Origin: a phage
Sequence record: PX068456.1
Reading direction: 5' to 3' (one strand)
DNA: 64,000 bases
This document shows, one piece after another, positions 29,825 through 40,773 of this stretch. The notes under the pieces were generated by a model, which searched no databases, was not told the DNA's origin, and saw only the letters and a list, made by a program, of their open reading frames with translations. The translations under genes and the position numbers were made by a program. The first letter of the stretch is position 1, and each line of letters opens with the position of its first letter.

Positions 29825-30454
29825 TTATTCTATTTGAGCTATCAGCATAGTCATTCGCCCTGTATCATCTCCTTCAGCCTCTGTGTAAAGAGAACCTAAA
29901 CCACCTATACCATGAGGTGGCTTTGTGGCATAATAGGAAGTGAAACCAAAGGCTGCACCCGCTTTCGCACCTAAGCGATAACTACTTAGGATCGGGAAAA
30001 CGTTAAGTAACTGTGCTACTGCCTGATCGGATTGTAGACACAAATTATAAAAGAATACGTCGAATGTTTTATTTAATCCAACGTATGTATTGATCGTTTC
30101 TTTTTCTGTTCCTGTAAAACGAGCGAACATATCAATGATATCATCTCGCGTACCAGAAGACGCAACACGATAAGCCCTGATTTTTAATATTGTACGATAC
30201 TCTTCATCCGTAGCACCATTTCTCTCCATCCCCATCTCTTCACCAATAAGATCTAAATACTTACCAGTTGCAGTAGAGATTAAGCGGTGTTTGGCAAGAT
30301 AGATCATTGCCTGATCTATCTTTTGTTTTTCGCTAGAAATGATATAGAGTAGTTTGACAATGTTCGGAGAAGATTTAAAATCTTCAATCAGTAGGTCTTT
30401 AACATCTTCATTGATACTATCCCACGTTGTCACATGGTCAACACTCACTGCCAT
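29825..30454 (-). CDS. baseplate/tail component (putative)
   Basis: position only. Confidence 0.35.
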   Translation of the reverse strand: MAVSVDHVTTWDSINEDVKDLLIEDFKSSPNIVKLLYIISSEKQKIDQAMIYLAKHRLISTATGKYLDLIGEEMGMERNGATDEEYRTILKIRAYRVASSGTRDDIIDMFARFTGTEKETINTYVGLNKTFDVFFYNLCLQSDQAVAQLLNVFPILSSYRLGAKAGAAFGFTSYYATKPPHGIGGLGSLYTEAEGDDTGRMTMLIAQIE

Positions 30455-30456
30455 TT

Positions 30457-31944
30457 TTAGACTCCGTACTCGTAGGAAATATTATCAAGGTCAAAGGATG
30501 GTACAACATTGTACGCTGGAGTGATATCTCCCTCATTATATTTACTGTCATCCTCAGTATTAAGTTTAACATAAACACGGAGAGAAGTCAAGCGTCCGAA
30601 CGCAAGTGCAGAATAAATTACACCTTTTATCTGGTCGTTAGTTACTGTTGACCCTAATTCAAAATAAGCCTGTAAGTTTGCAAGAGCAGAAACAATATTT
30701 TCTCTTTCTGTTGTACTTAACACACTACCATTACCAGTTTGATATACCAGTTTAAGTGAGTATTCCGCATTATCACCAGGAGAAAAACGAATTACTTCTT
30801 GACCACCATCTTCTGTTACGATAGTAATTGCTGTCGTACCATAAGTTAATGTGTTAATAGGCTTAGTATTATAAATAACCTGTGCAACTTCTTCTGCTGT
30901 ACCACCGTACACAATAGTTTGGAATGTCATAGCTGGAGCATGTTCCTGATCGTGTAGTGTAGGGTTATCATAAATCTTAACCTTTGTCACACCATCTGTC
31001 AGTAATAGAGCTTTAACAATAGCAGCACGAGTAGCAGCATTAGCTTCATCCATATTATCATTGAAACGAGAACGGAATTCTGCATCTGTTTCAACATCTG
31101 TACCTGGAGAGAACGGATAGAAGTTACCTGTATCTAAAAAGCCTGTAAACGTTGAAGAAATACCTGTAATACTTTCTGTACCTACTGGATTATAACCAAC
31201 ATCTGAACACGTAACTGGAATTTCACTCCATTTTGTACCAATTGCAATGGATGCATAAAATTTCACTGGTGTTACTAGACCTATTGGGTTAACATTATCT
31301 TCTGGATTATAACCCATATAAACATTACTAGCATCATTCCATACTAAAGCACGATCTGTTGTTGATACGTTAGCTTTAATGAAATTCGTGAGATCTACAA
31401 TAAAGTTTGTATTGCTAGGACTTAGTGTTTTACTGTTAAGACCACCATCAATAGCACTTTGAATGTAGAAAGTAATAGAAGTTTCACCAGAAGCTGTTGC
31501 GTTTGCTTTAGAAATGGTATATGCTCCAATCTTAGCATTCAACATTGTTGGTGCACTGACATAATATGTCAAATCGTTATCGGCATTAAAATAAACATCT
31601 GTGCTTAGTTCATAAGTCCAAGCTGCCTTATTGTTAGATTTAACATAAGCATAACCACTACCAGCAGAAGCAGCTTTACGATAAAAACCTCTTTTAGAGA
31701 AGATTTCATCAAGGTAAATACCTTCTGCACCATCTAAGGTTTGGGTATTGTAAACACCTTGCATACCTTCCCAAAGGGTGTAATCTGTATATGCAATAAT
31801 ACGAAACAGTTGACCAAAGACAGTATCTTCAGATGTAGCTGTATCTGCACCGAAAGTGTTTTTCAATGCTGTCATATAATTATTTAAAATATCATCAAAC
31901 GTTGGAATGACAAAACCAGCATCTGTTAAACCATAATCTGCCAT
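30457..31944 (-). CDS. baseplate component (putative)
   Basis: 495 aa; position only. Confidence 0.35.
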   Translation of the reverse strand: MADYGLTDAGFVIPTFDDILNNYMTALKNTFGADTATSEDTVFGQLFRIIAYTDYTLWEGMQGVYNTQTLDGAEGIYLDEIFSKRGFYRKAASAGSGYAYVKSNNKAAWTYELSTDVYFNADNDLTYYVSAPTMLNAKIGAYTISKANATASGETSITFYIQSAIDGGLNSKTLSPSNTNFIVDLTNFIKANVSTTDRALVWNDASNVYMGYNPEDNVNPIGLVTPVKFYASIAIGTKWSEIPVTCSDVGYNPVGTESITGISSTFTGFLDTGNFYPFSPGTDVETDAEFRSRFNDNMDEANAATRAAIVKALLLTDGVTKVKIYDNPTLHDQEHAPAMTFQTIVYGGTAEEVAQVIYNTKPINTLTYGTTAITIVTEDGGQEVIRFSPGDNAEYSLKLVYQTGNGSVLSTTERENIVSALANLQAYFELGSTVTNDQIKGVIYSALAFGRLTSLRVYVKLNTEDDSKYNEGDITPAYNVVPSFDLDNISYEYGV

Positions 31945-32189
31945 TAGTTATCCTCCTTATCAGGGGCAGGTGATCTGCCCCAACGTAAATCTATTAAATT
32001 CTTCATTAGTCTGGATGGTGTGATCATAAAAACAAAAGCCCAGCCCATCCATTCAGGAATTTCTTTATCAATTCCCAAATAAATAAACATACTGGACATA
32101 ACAATCATACCAATAGCATTCCAAACTTTAGTAGAGCTGACTTTATTATCAGGATATGTACAAAACATTCCGATTAAAAACTTTCTCAT
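31944..32189 (-). CDS. small two-helix membrane protein (holin-like candidate)
   Basis: 81 aa; two hydrophobic segments (NAIGMIVMSSMFIYLGI, WMGWAFVFMI), charged C-terminus. Confidence 0.4.
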   Translation of the reverse strand: MRKFLIGMFCTYPDNKVSSTKVWNAIGMIVMSSMFIYLGIDKEIPEWMGWAFVFMITPSRLMKNLIDLRWGRSPAPDKEDN

Positions 32190-32494
32190 AGTGCGTTCTC
32201 ATTACTTTTTAAATCACGAGATACAGCTAATTCCCCAAGGTCTACAGAACCCGCTGAATGCACAAGTACAGCAGCACTAAGACTAATGGCAGTAGTACCT
32301 GGGGCAATATCAGCAGGTAGGGAATACGCCCTTTGCGTCTCCTTATCATAGATAACCTTATACCCACCCAAATCCACACCAACTGAGAAGTAAATAACCT
32401 CATTCTGCTTAACGCCAAAATGCCGAGCAATGGCTTGCTTATTGGTTAATATTCCAGTGGAACCTTTACCGCCTTGGGAGAATAATTCGTTCAT
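32186..32494 (-). CDS. hypothetical protein
   Basis: ORF. Confidence 0.4.
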   Translation of the reverse strand: MNELFSQGGKGSTGILTNKQAIARHFGVKQNEVIYFSVGVDLGGYKVIYDKETQRAYSLPADIAPGTTAISLSAAVLVHSAGSVDLGELAVSRDLKSNENAL

Positions 32495-32518
32495 AAGTAC
32501 CTCTTTGTTTTTCTAGGA

Positions 32519-32538
32519 AACCCCTCCGAAGAGGGGTT
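32519..32538 (-). terminator. terminator-like hairpin (AACCCCTCCGAAGAGGGGTT)
   Basis: GC stem. Confidence 0.4.
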
Positions 32539-32543
32539 AGTGA

Positions 32544-34616
32544 TTAAATAACATCAATAAGAGACATCCTTATAGCTTTCTGTGTAAGACCTGTTGTCCA
32601 TCCTACTTCTGTTGCGTCTGCCGAGCCTATTTCCCAAACACGCATCTCTGCTATTTCTATGGTATCAGTAGCATTAGTCACTGGGCCTACCGTTATCGTG
32701 AACGATGTGGCCGTGTCGTCGATAATAAAGTTTATTATAGAAGTATTCCATCCTGACGCGGTAGACTGGTAAGTCACACTACCGTTTACTTTTACTGTTA
32801 TCGGCCCCGCGAAAGTAACGGCGAGAGCAAATCTTGTTCTTGAGTTAGGTTTAGAAAGCGATATTGACGCTTTATCATAATTGCCGCCAGTTGAGCATTT
32901 TAAAGACGATCCACTACGCACTGCCGCAGTAGACGTGCTCCATACTCCGTTTATATATGTCCAGCTATAAGGTGCATTTCCCGTGGTATTGAGGGTGTTA
33001 AATGTTCCAGCTAAACCAAGTTTATCTGTATTCTGAAATGCAGAATACATTTTGAAAAGGTCGTCATCATACGCCGTTGTTTTTGCGATAGTGCCTTGGA
33101 ACATGACAGACTCTGTTAGACGACCTGTGGTTGTTGTTCCGAGTTGTGCATCAAGCACCGAGTCACTGCATATAATGCCGGAAATATTCGCTCGCAGTAC
33201 CCTTGCTCTATTTAAGGTGCTGAGCACTGGTGTGTAACCACCTGACCCGGCTTCGTGAGCCTCAAATCCTTTAATATTTAACTTATAAATACTTCCTGTG
33301 AAATTATCTGCGCGGAAGTAAGCGCCACGAATAAGTTCCCCATAAGCATTAGATATGTTCAGTGAGTAAACTTCCGTAGACCCTTCCAAGTGGAACATGC
33401 TGTCCTGCATATTTTCAGCGACAGGGTTCTCGATGATAATATCTCTCCCTGGTCCTACATACATAAAACCTTTATACTGAAACCCGTGTATATTGCGTAA
33501 ACGCATTACAAAAGTCCCCCAGTACGAACTACCTCGCTGGATAGCGTACCCATAACCAGTGTTGGCATTCTTACCAGTTAATCCATAAGCCTCAAAGTCG
33601 TCAACATCTATGAGTACGTTACCGCCTTGCGGTCTAAAACCACCCTGTTTAAATCCAAAGCTACGACACCCTTTCATCCTGAAGTGGGTGGTATTGACAA
33701 CGTTTACCGCAACATCTGATGTATCAGCAGCGGCTGCTGATGCTTCGGTGCTATATGTGCGTCCGAACTGTATATTTTCCAGGGTAATTGAACGGGTAAA
33801 CCCTGTGCTATCAGGGTTGCCGTCGTCCACTCCGATATTGAATACTCTGTCGTCGTCAGTCCAGATAGTCCCTCCAGCATTCTCATCATATACTGCTGGT
33901 CTGTCGCAATATATGCGAATCTTATCGCATGTATTTTTACTCAATTCAGTAGTGGACAGTTTAAAAGTCATCCATGAAGGTAAAAGAATATTTCCAATAT
34001 TATTGGCTTTAGCATATGCCAAAGCCGCGTTAAATTCAGTATCTGCGAGATAATCTTTATTAGCATTTGCCGGTATGAAATCTGCAAGGGATAGCACATC
34101 TCTTAATGAAAATTTACTATTCCTTAATGGTAAAACTGATGAAGTCAGATCTGCTCTTAATGATGCATCACCAACACTAACCCAAGCACCTAGAGCAATC
34201 CCACCAGTAGCGTCTGGTGTTGAGTCAGAAGCAACCGTTTTCGGCAGATCACCACCCCACGTATAGCACTGCCCACCAGCGATATGCCAAACAGCATCAG
34301 TATTATTATTTAATGTAGCACCCTCCTCAAAGCTACCATCAACAAGTGTTAACCCCGCTTCAGCAAGACTACGACACCACTGTTCACGATCATTAAGAAG
34401 ATTGTTATTCAACTCTTCCTGAACAGTATTACCATTTGAGGATTGTATTAAATCTGCTCCATCTGTATCTTTCAACTGGGTGGCTAAAACCACCCCAGTG
34501 TCAGTAAGAAAGTTAGAAACTGTGCTTTTAACAGTTTTATCAGGTTGATCTAAAACCAGGTAATCTGAACCATTAACTTTTGATGTTTCCGGTAAATTAG
34601 TAATTGTAGTTGACAT
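32544..34616 (-). CDS. tailspike/tail fiber protein (second beta-helix-like RBP)
   Basis: 690 aa; shares an N-terminal W.G.LPK.V...STP..TGGI...AW motif with the collagen-like fiber. Confidence 0.5.
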   Translation of the reverse strand: MSTTITNLPETSKVNGSDYLVLDQPDKTVKSTVSNFLTDTGVVLATQLKDTDGADLIQSSNGNTVQEELNNNLLNDREQWCRSLAEAGLTLVDGSFEEGATLNNNTDAVWHIAGGQCYTWGGDLPKTVASDSTPDATGGIALGAWVSVGDASLRADLTSSVLPLRNSKFSLRDVLSLADFIPANANKDYLADTEFNAALAYAKANNIGNILLPSWMTFKLSTTELSKNTCDKIRIYCDRPAVYDENAGGTIWTDDDRVFNIGVDDGNPDSTGFTRSITLENIQFGRTYSTEASAAAADTSDVAVNVVNTTHFRMKGCRSFGFKQGGFRPQGGNVLIDVDDFEAYGLTGKNANTGYGYAIQRGSSYWGTFVMRLRNIHGFQYKGFMYVGPGRDIIIENPVAENMQDSMFHLEGSTEVYSLNISNAYGELIRGAYFRADNFTGSIYKLNIKGFEAHEAGSGGYTPVLSTLNRARVLRANISGIICSDSVLDAQLGTTTTGRLTESVMFQGTIAKTTAYDDDLFKMYSAFQNTDKLGLAGTFNTLNTTGNAPYSWTYINGVWSTSTAAVRSGSSLKCSTGGNYDKASISLSKPNSRTRFALAVTFAGPITVKVNGSVTYQSTASGWNTSIINFIIDDTATSFTITVGPVTNATDTIEIAEMRVWEIGSADATEVGWTTGLTQKAIRMSLIDVI

Positions 34617-34624
34617 TTTTACTC

Positions 34625-36784
34625 CTATATATAAAATTTTTGTGTTGTTACTAAATCTTCTCCAGATTTAGTGGCTAATGTAATTCCACTTAGGGTGGCA
34701 ATCTCAACATTTACCTGTTTAAGAGTGATATCTTGCAAGTAGCAATTCAAAGGCACATTACCCATATAAAACACTTGGGATTTTGAATTAAGAACAGTTA
34801 TTGAATCATGCATTATTTGTGGGTAAGCCCATATGTATTGATATAAACCAACAAACTTCTGGTCATTCAATACAATATTGCCTATAATCATTTTCCACAA
34901 ATATGTTCTATAGTTTGATTCAGGATCAAAGCCATATAATGGTGCTAGAGTTGCATCTGGAACAAACCCTGCAAGATAATGTATCTTATCGTAACTAAAA
35001 CCTAATTGCTCATTAGGTATTGTGATAGCGTCGAAAGATCTTTCCATCTTACCTTCCAACAACCAATCATAACATTCTGAACAATAAAAGTCAAAGTTTT
35101 CTGGGATATAATAATCTTTAGGGAAGTTAACAAACTCCATCATACCATTACCCAAAATGGATGGCACAAATGGTAACAATGTAACTTTAGCTCCAGGATA
35201 TGCTAATCTGGTATCTGTTGCAAATTTAGCAACACGCAGTCCTAATGTTTTAGAAAGGAATGCATAATATTCATCATATGGCGTACCAGTTTTATAATTT
35301 TTAACTGTACCAACATCTTGTGCATACAATCCAGTTTCATTATTAAATGCAACTTTGGTTGTATAATCATAAATACACGGTAGATTGGTAGCTGTGTTAT
35401 ACCACCACCACGGTTCACCAACCTGAATAATAACCGGAAGATCATTAGCAGCGGATATAGAAGCTATCTTATTTATTACACCTTGTAAATAATTCATCCC
35501 TTCATCAATTGAAGGAGATAAAACATAACTTGGTGGCTCATAACCTGTAGCAGCAAGATCATCATTCCAAGTATGTTGTACCCATTCTACAGGACACACT
35601 GTACTCATAAGTTCAAAACTTAAGGAGTTCATTACTGTGTAGCCCATAGCTTTTGCATTAGCGTGGAAATTATCAAACCAGGCTTCTGTTGCTGGGTTTA
35701 AATATTCTGTTCTATTCAAAGCCCATTTATTAGATCCAGCATCCCAACTAAATTGATAATAGTGTGACATACCATTATAATGGTTAATCATATCTCTATA
35801 ACCTAATCTATAGGTGTTAGAAATAACTCGCTCTGGGGTTAGGTTATACATATCATCATAAGATGTACACATTCTTATGGTGTGTGCTGGAACATTTAAA
35901 TTACCCATATTCATCATACTATAACCCGTATCAGGTTCCAGTATGGTAAACTTAAAGGAAAGATCCTCATTGTCTACAGGAATAATATCTTCAATTTCTT
36001 GATACCTTGTGGAGATCAAGGAGAAGAACATATTATCTATCTGTGTAGTGTCAACAACAATATCATTTTCTGGCCCAGATTTTAAATTTGAGAAATCTAA
36101 TTTTATTGTTGCTGTTTTACCATCCTCTGAAACTTCTTCTGCATAAAAGTTTAGAGATACATAATGGACTGTTTCATCCTTCAGTGTCACTGTTAAGGAT
36201 GGCAGTAATTTTTCTTCTTTTAACCCAGGAACACCTTGACTAAGTTCCATTTTAAACCAAAGTTTTTCTTTACTTAAGTCAGAATGTTCTTGGTAGCCTA
36301 ATCCTTTGTGATCATATTTATCGTAAGTTGACCAAATAATCCCAGCAAGACCAGCCACTGTCCTATTAACCATTCTTGCTGTGAAAGAATCACCATTAGA
36401 GATAATAGAACAACTCTCTGTTGCTTGAGAATCTATTGTCCAAAACTTAGGATCAAACATTCTAGACTTCACAACAGGCCAAGTTAGCGGGGTTGTATTC
36501 GATTGATTAGTCGTAATAACACAACGAATTTCTTCATTGATCATCATGTTATTTTGACTTATGCTAGTAATCTCAAGAGTAAAATAAAGATCTAAAGAGT
36601 TTGCCGGACGTTCATATACATCAACCACTACAGTAGCAGAATCTGCATCAGAAGGGAACGTTACTGTTCCCTGTTTAGCTACATAATCTCTACCAGCGAC
36701 CGCCGTTCCATCGACGGTCTTATAGCTGAATGAACTGGCATTTACTCTCGTATTTCGAGTTACAGTAAAAATAGCCTGTTTCAT
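34625..36784 (-). CDS. large virion structural protein
   Basis: 719 aa; position. Confidence 0.45.
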   Translation of the reverse strand: MKQAIFTVTRNTRVNASSFSYKTVDGTAVAGRDYVAKQGTVTFPSDADSATVVVDVYERPANSLDLYFTLEITSISQNNMMINEEIRCVITTNQSNTTPLTWPVVKSRMFDPKFWTIDSQATESCSIISNGDSFTARMVNRTVAGLAGIIWSTYDKYDHKGLGYQEHSDLSKEKLWFKMELSQGVPGLKEEKLLPSLTVTLKDETVHYVSLNFYAEEVSEDGKTATIKLDFSNLKSGPENDIVVDTTQIDNMFFSLISTRYQEIEDIIPVDNEDLSFKFTILEPDTGYSMMNMGNLNVPAHTIRMCTSYDDMYNLTPERVISNTYRLGYRDMINHYNGMSHYYQFSWDAGSNKWALNRTEYLNPATEAWFDNFHANAKAMGYTVMNSLSFELMSTVCPVEWVQHTWNDDLAATGYEPPSYVLSPSIDEGMNYLQGVINKIASISAANDLPVIIQVGEPWWWYNTATNLPCIYDYTTKVAFNNETGLYAQDVGTVKNYKTGTPYDEYYAFLSKTLGLRVAKFATDTRLAYPGAKVTLLPFVPSILGNGMMEFVNFPKDYYIPENFDFYCSECYDWLLEGKMERSFDAITIPNEQLGFSYDKIHYLAGFVPDATLAPLYGFDPESNYRTYLWKMIIGNIVLNDQKFVGLYQYIWAYPQIMHDSITVLNSKSQVFYMGNVPLNCYLQDITLKQVNVEIATLSGITLATKSGEDLVTTQKFYI

Positions 36785-36792
36785 TATTTTCC

Positions 36793-39669
36793 TTATTTGG
36801 TTACATCAACACTAATATCATTCATAGTTAGAACAGTTAGTGTTGGTATGTTACTATTATCCAAAATTGGTAAAGCGTTTTGAGGGTTTAGTTTACGATA
36901 CAAGGCATATAAACCAAAACCACGTAATAGTTCTCCAGCATGGAAACCAAAGAACATTCCGTTATCTGAATCTGGGCGTGGTGCAACACTCCAGGAACCA
37001 TTCATCGGATGGTTAGGGGAAAGCACAATATAGTTTTGCTGAATCAGATCAAAACATCTGTCTGCTACAATACCAATGTTTGGAATTTGTGAATCATAAC
37101 CTGCCAAGCCCATGATTGAACAACCTGCCATAAACAGTGCAGACATATGACTAGTAAAGTCATCTATAGGTGCAAGAACTGTACCATCTGGATTAAAGAT
37201 AGTTGGTGTTCTTCCATCATTATTGTCTTGGAACCATTTAAGATAGTTGATCCAATTTTTACAAACTGTTACTAGTTTTTCAGGAGGTGTTTCTCCTCTT
37301 TGTACAAGTTCGTATACAGCATGACAAGCACAGTAGAATGCACGAGCTTCATAACCATCCCACGCTTTTTCATTCCAGTGTTTCATTGTGAACGTATTTG
37401 GTTCACCGTATTTTCTTGCATCCCAACGATCCCACACATACGCTTGTGCCATAGGCCCAGGCATCACAGGATCGAATGTGTTATAAAACCACATTTGAGA
37501 ATCATACAAGAAATTGATACTGTTATTTAAACGCGTCCAATCAATATCTCTACCTGCAAAACAGTATAAGGAAGGGTATTGGTATCCTGGGTATGGAATA
37601 CCACGCCAACCATCATACAATGCAGTGTTTGGGTCACTGATATTAGAGAATGGAATTATTCCTGGTGTGTAATTAAGACTATTTAACTTATAGTCAATAA
37701 TAGTACAATCACCTAACTTAGCAGTATGAGGACTTGAAGCCTGTACAGTGATACGGAAGTACATGGTATAATCATCACCAGAAGATGACGAATATCTTTC
37801 AGGTACATCGTTAATACAATAGAAATCTATTGTTCCTGTTAAACCATTGACAGGAGCCGTATCGAGAACTAAATTTACCTGATCTACAGCAGTAAGGTTT
37901 ATTGCTGAAGGTTTAGGATCTGTTTCTGGATGATTAGGCTGGTAAGCACTTAACTTAAAATCAGAAGCTGATAAAGTCTTCGTACTCCATACCCCTTGCG
38001 TTTTAGGAAGCATAGCCCACCATCTCCAACCTTGAGCATCCGTGATAGTCATGTTAAAGTCATCTTCATATGTTCTATATGTAATAGACTTAACATTAGC
38101 TTTTGATGTAGGAGTTAACCAAAAACCAACAGTAACACCACCATCCGTATCCATTGATGCGGTAACAATCTGGTCATTATTAGTTCCAACAATGCCTGTT
38201 ACATACTTAAATTGTACCACAGTATTGCTACCCCAGTCAACAATAATTCGCGGATCTGCGATAATATATGTTCCACCATTCGGAGGGGTGCTTCTCATAA
38301 AGCTGGATAATGGAATATCCATGCTTGTCATATTAGCTGTACCCAGTGGTAAGCCACAGCGGTAAGTTACTGTGTTATTTTCATCTTTGGTTTTACTTAG
38401 TTCCAACTCTGGACGGAAAAGAATACCATGTCCTGCGTCATCTACACCTTGAAACTGAACTCGTAACTTAGAGTTCTGATCAACTTTAAACCAAATGGCT
38501 TGCTGTTCTAATGTTGTTTGAGCAGCAACATCTTGCCTAATAACAATATAACCTAAAGTATCTCTTGAATATTTAGGTATTGCTGTAGATGGATACGAAT
38601 AATCGTAAGAGATGCCATCTGTAAACGGAATAGTTGCATATGTAGACTTACGGAAGAATTTATCAAACATATCAATGTTTGAGTAATCTTGACACACTAG
38701 CAGTGAAGACTGCCAGCATAGCCAATATTTTCTTTCTCCTGTAATTTGGTACATCAAGTAATTAGCATCACACCACCAAGTTTCGGCATCTGACGCATTA
38801 TCCTGAAAGCCCATTTCTACCGGAACGTTAACTGGTCTGTTATGCCACATAGTGTTACGCTCCATTAAATAACCACCGTGTTCAACAGGGTTACAAGTCG
38901 CGTAGTTAAATTTATATGTACCGTTTACAGAAGTATTTTTTAGTTGAACTGTTCCGTATTGAGATGTTGGAAAACCTTCTTCTAAGATATTTCCATCCCA
39001 ATCAACTTTACGTCCTAGACGATCAATGATCCAATCAACATCCCATTGATCTCCATTCTTAGACCAATCTGTTGTTCCATCTGCATTAACAGCATATACT
39101 GTAGCGTTTACAGAGTTCCATCCTAGATTACCATTAAAAGCAAACCATGCTTTATCAAGGTATTCTCCCCAATGTGGAGCACCATGAGGAATAACTGTTC
39201 TACCGTTAGTCCACGTCATTAAGCTACCCTTAAAACCTCCGTGTGTAGGGTAGCCATCATCTGTAAGAGGATAGTGTGCAAGACGTGGTTCTTTACCGTT
39301 AATAATCCAGTTAGGGCGATATTTTGCTGGCGGATCTGGTATAGGTTGACCACCAAAGAAGTAATCTATATAGGCTTGCCAATATTTTTTAGCAGAGTCT
39401 AAATACTTTGTATCGCCGGAAGCCAGGTATGCATAAGCGCAACCAAGAATAAGCACGGATTGACCTTCTGTTGTAGCATCCCCGTTTGGTTGCCCTTCTT
39501 GAGCAGTCCAGTTTATAAAGTGTCTGTTATTAGCTAGAACGTTTTGTGGGTTTAATACATAGTGTTGCACTGTAGGATCTACAGTTAAACCTGTATTACG
39601 ATCTAAGAACTGAATATGTCCATCGATCAGTTGAAAAACATTGTCAATTCTGTGCTTAATTCTTGACAT
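36793..39669 (-). CDS. large virion structural protein (baseplate/fiber-associated)
   Basis: 958 aa; position. Confidence 0.45.
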   Translation of the reverse strand: MSRIKHRIDNVFQLIDGHIQFLDRNTGLTVDPTVQHYVLNPQNVLANNRHFINWTAQEGQPNGDATTEGQSVLILGCAYAYLASGDTKYLDSAKKYWQAYIDYFFGGQPIPDPPAKYRPNWIINGKEPRLAHYPLTDDGYPTHGGFKGSLMTWTNGRTVIPHGAPHWGEYLDKAWFAFNGNLGWNSVNATVYAVNADGTTDWSKNGDQWDVDWIIDRLGRKVDWDGNILEEGFPTSQYGTVQLKNTSVNGTYKFNYATCNPVEHGGYLMERNTMWHNRPVNVPVEMGFQDNASDAETWWCDANYLMYQITGERKYWLCWQSSLLVCQDYSNIDMFDKFFRKSTYATIPFTDGISYDYSYPSTAIPKYSRDTLGYIVIRQDVAAQTTLEQQAIWFKVDQNSKLRVQFQGVDDAGHGILFRPELELSKTKDENNTVTYRCGLPLGTANMTSMDIPLSSFMRSTPPNGGTYIIADPRIIVDWGSNTVVQFKYVTGIVGTNNDQIVTASMDTDGGVTVGFWLTPTSKANVKSITYRTYEDDFNMTITDAQGWRWWAMLPKTQGVWSTKTLSASDFKLSAYQPNHPETDPKPSAINLTAVDQVNLVLDTAPVNGLTGTIDFYCINDVPERYSSSSGDDYTMYFRITVQASSPHTAKLGDCTIIDYKLNSLNYTPGIIPFSNISDPNTALYDGWRGIPYPGYQYPSLYCFAGRDIDWTRLNNSINFLYDSQMWFYNTFDPVMPGPMAQAYVWDRWDARKYGEPNTFTMKHWNEKAWDGYEARAFYCACHAVYELVQRGETPPEKLVTVCKNWINYLKWFQDNNDGRTPTIFNPDGTVLAPIDDFTSHMSALFMAGCSIMGLAGYDSQIPNIGIVADRCFDLIQQNYIVLSPNHPMNGSWSVAPRPDSDNGMFFGFHAGELLRGFGLYALYRKLNPQNALPILDNSNIPTLTVLTMNDISVDVTK

Positions 39670-40142
39670 TAAATCACTCCTGCCATCACTAAACTACCTA
39701 TCCAGGTAGCTCCATTATCATAACTAACAAATTCAAAAATATCTGTAGCTCCCTGTTTATAACTCAAAACAGGAGCGCGACCAAAACTCCATTTAACAGA
39801 TTGAGGCCACGTTACTTTATTTGCTCCACTGCCTTGACGTAGGGATAGCGTAAAGTTTTGAACAATGTTAGTTGTAACTGGAACATTACTAAATGAAATA
39901 CTGCAAGTTGGACTAGATAAAGTGGCAGAGAAATACTCTGCCGTGCTAATATCTAAAGCTAGGGTATTTGTGACAGTACCCCTTGCAGAAAGACGATTTC
40001 GTGTAACACCAGCACCCGCAAGAAGAACACGTAATGATGTTTTCTTAGTGATGCCTGATTGATCTGTTACAAAATAATCTGTGTCTGAAACAGATGTTGT
40101 TACAGGTAGATCAGACACCTTGATTGTAGTTAAATCAGCCAT
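39669..40142 (-). CDS. baseplate component (putative)
   Basis: position. Confidence 0.35.
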   Translation of the reverse strand: MADLTTIKVSDLPVTTSVSDTDYFVTDQSGITKKTSLRVLLAGAGVTRNRLSARGTVTNTLALDISTAEYFSATLSSPTCSISFSNVPVTTNIVQNFTLSLRQGSGANKVTWPQSVKWSFGRAPVLSYKQGATDIFEFVSYDNGATWIGSLVMAGVI

Positions 40143-40770
40143 TATTATTTGTAGCTCCCATTGTTGCTGTTATAGCATAGTTGTAATTGGTTGCAAGACC
40201 TTTATTGGCTTCGTTAACAAGGTATTTTTCAAGCAATGCCTCGTTAGACCACTCATTCCACCAAGTAGAATAAGTATCTTTCGGAAGACCAACAATGTTA
40301 ATAAAGCGATAGAGTCTATTTGCAGATTCAACAATTTCAAATGCTTCACAAGTGATTGCTGCATTATCATCACCAGCTTCTGGATAGATATATTCTTCAG
40401 ACGGCTGCGTACTGAACAGCGCACTAACAACTTGTTCACCAACTGTAACAGTAACGTTCATTGAGTAATACCTATCATCTCTATCATAAGAGGACGTGTA
40501 TGAATTAATATTATCTATATAAACATTACTTGCGATAGTTGATAAGAAAATGCGATCAACAATCTCTTTCTTCTTGGCAACACCAATAATCTCTTGTAGA
40601 TATGGAACCCCAAAATTAGAATTGAGGAACCATTCTCCACGGAAAGTTCTAAGTGTTATTCCAAGCGTCTGTGCTGCAATTTCACTTTTAGTTGTGGTTA
40701 GTGTTAAATCACCATCCACCATTATTAAATCGTTAGAACCATCAAGTTTTAAATCAAATGGTATTCCCAT
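40135..40770 (-). CDS. baseplate component (putative)
   Basis: position. Confidence 0.35.
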   Translation of the reverse strand: MGIPFDLKLDGSNDLIMVDGDLTLTTTKSEIAAQTLGITLRTFRGEWFLNSNFGVPYLQEIIGVAKKKEIVDRIFLSTIASNVYIDNINSYTSSYDRDDRYYSMNVTVTVGEQVVSALFSTQPSEEYIYPEAGDDNAAITCEAFEIVESANRLYRFINIVGLPKDTYSTWWNEWSNEALLEKYLVNEANKGLATNYNYAITATMGATNNNG

Positions 40771-40773
40771 CTG

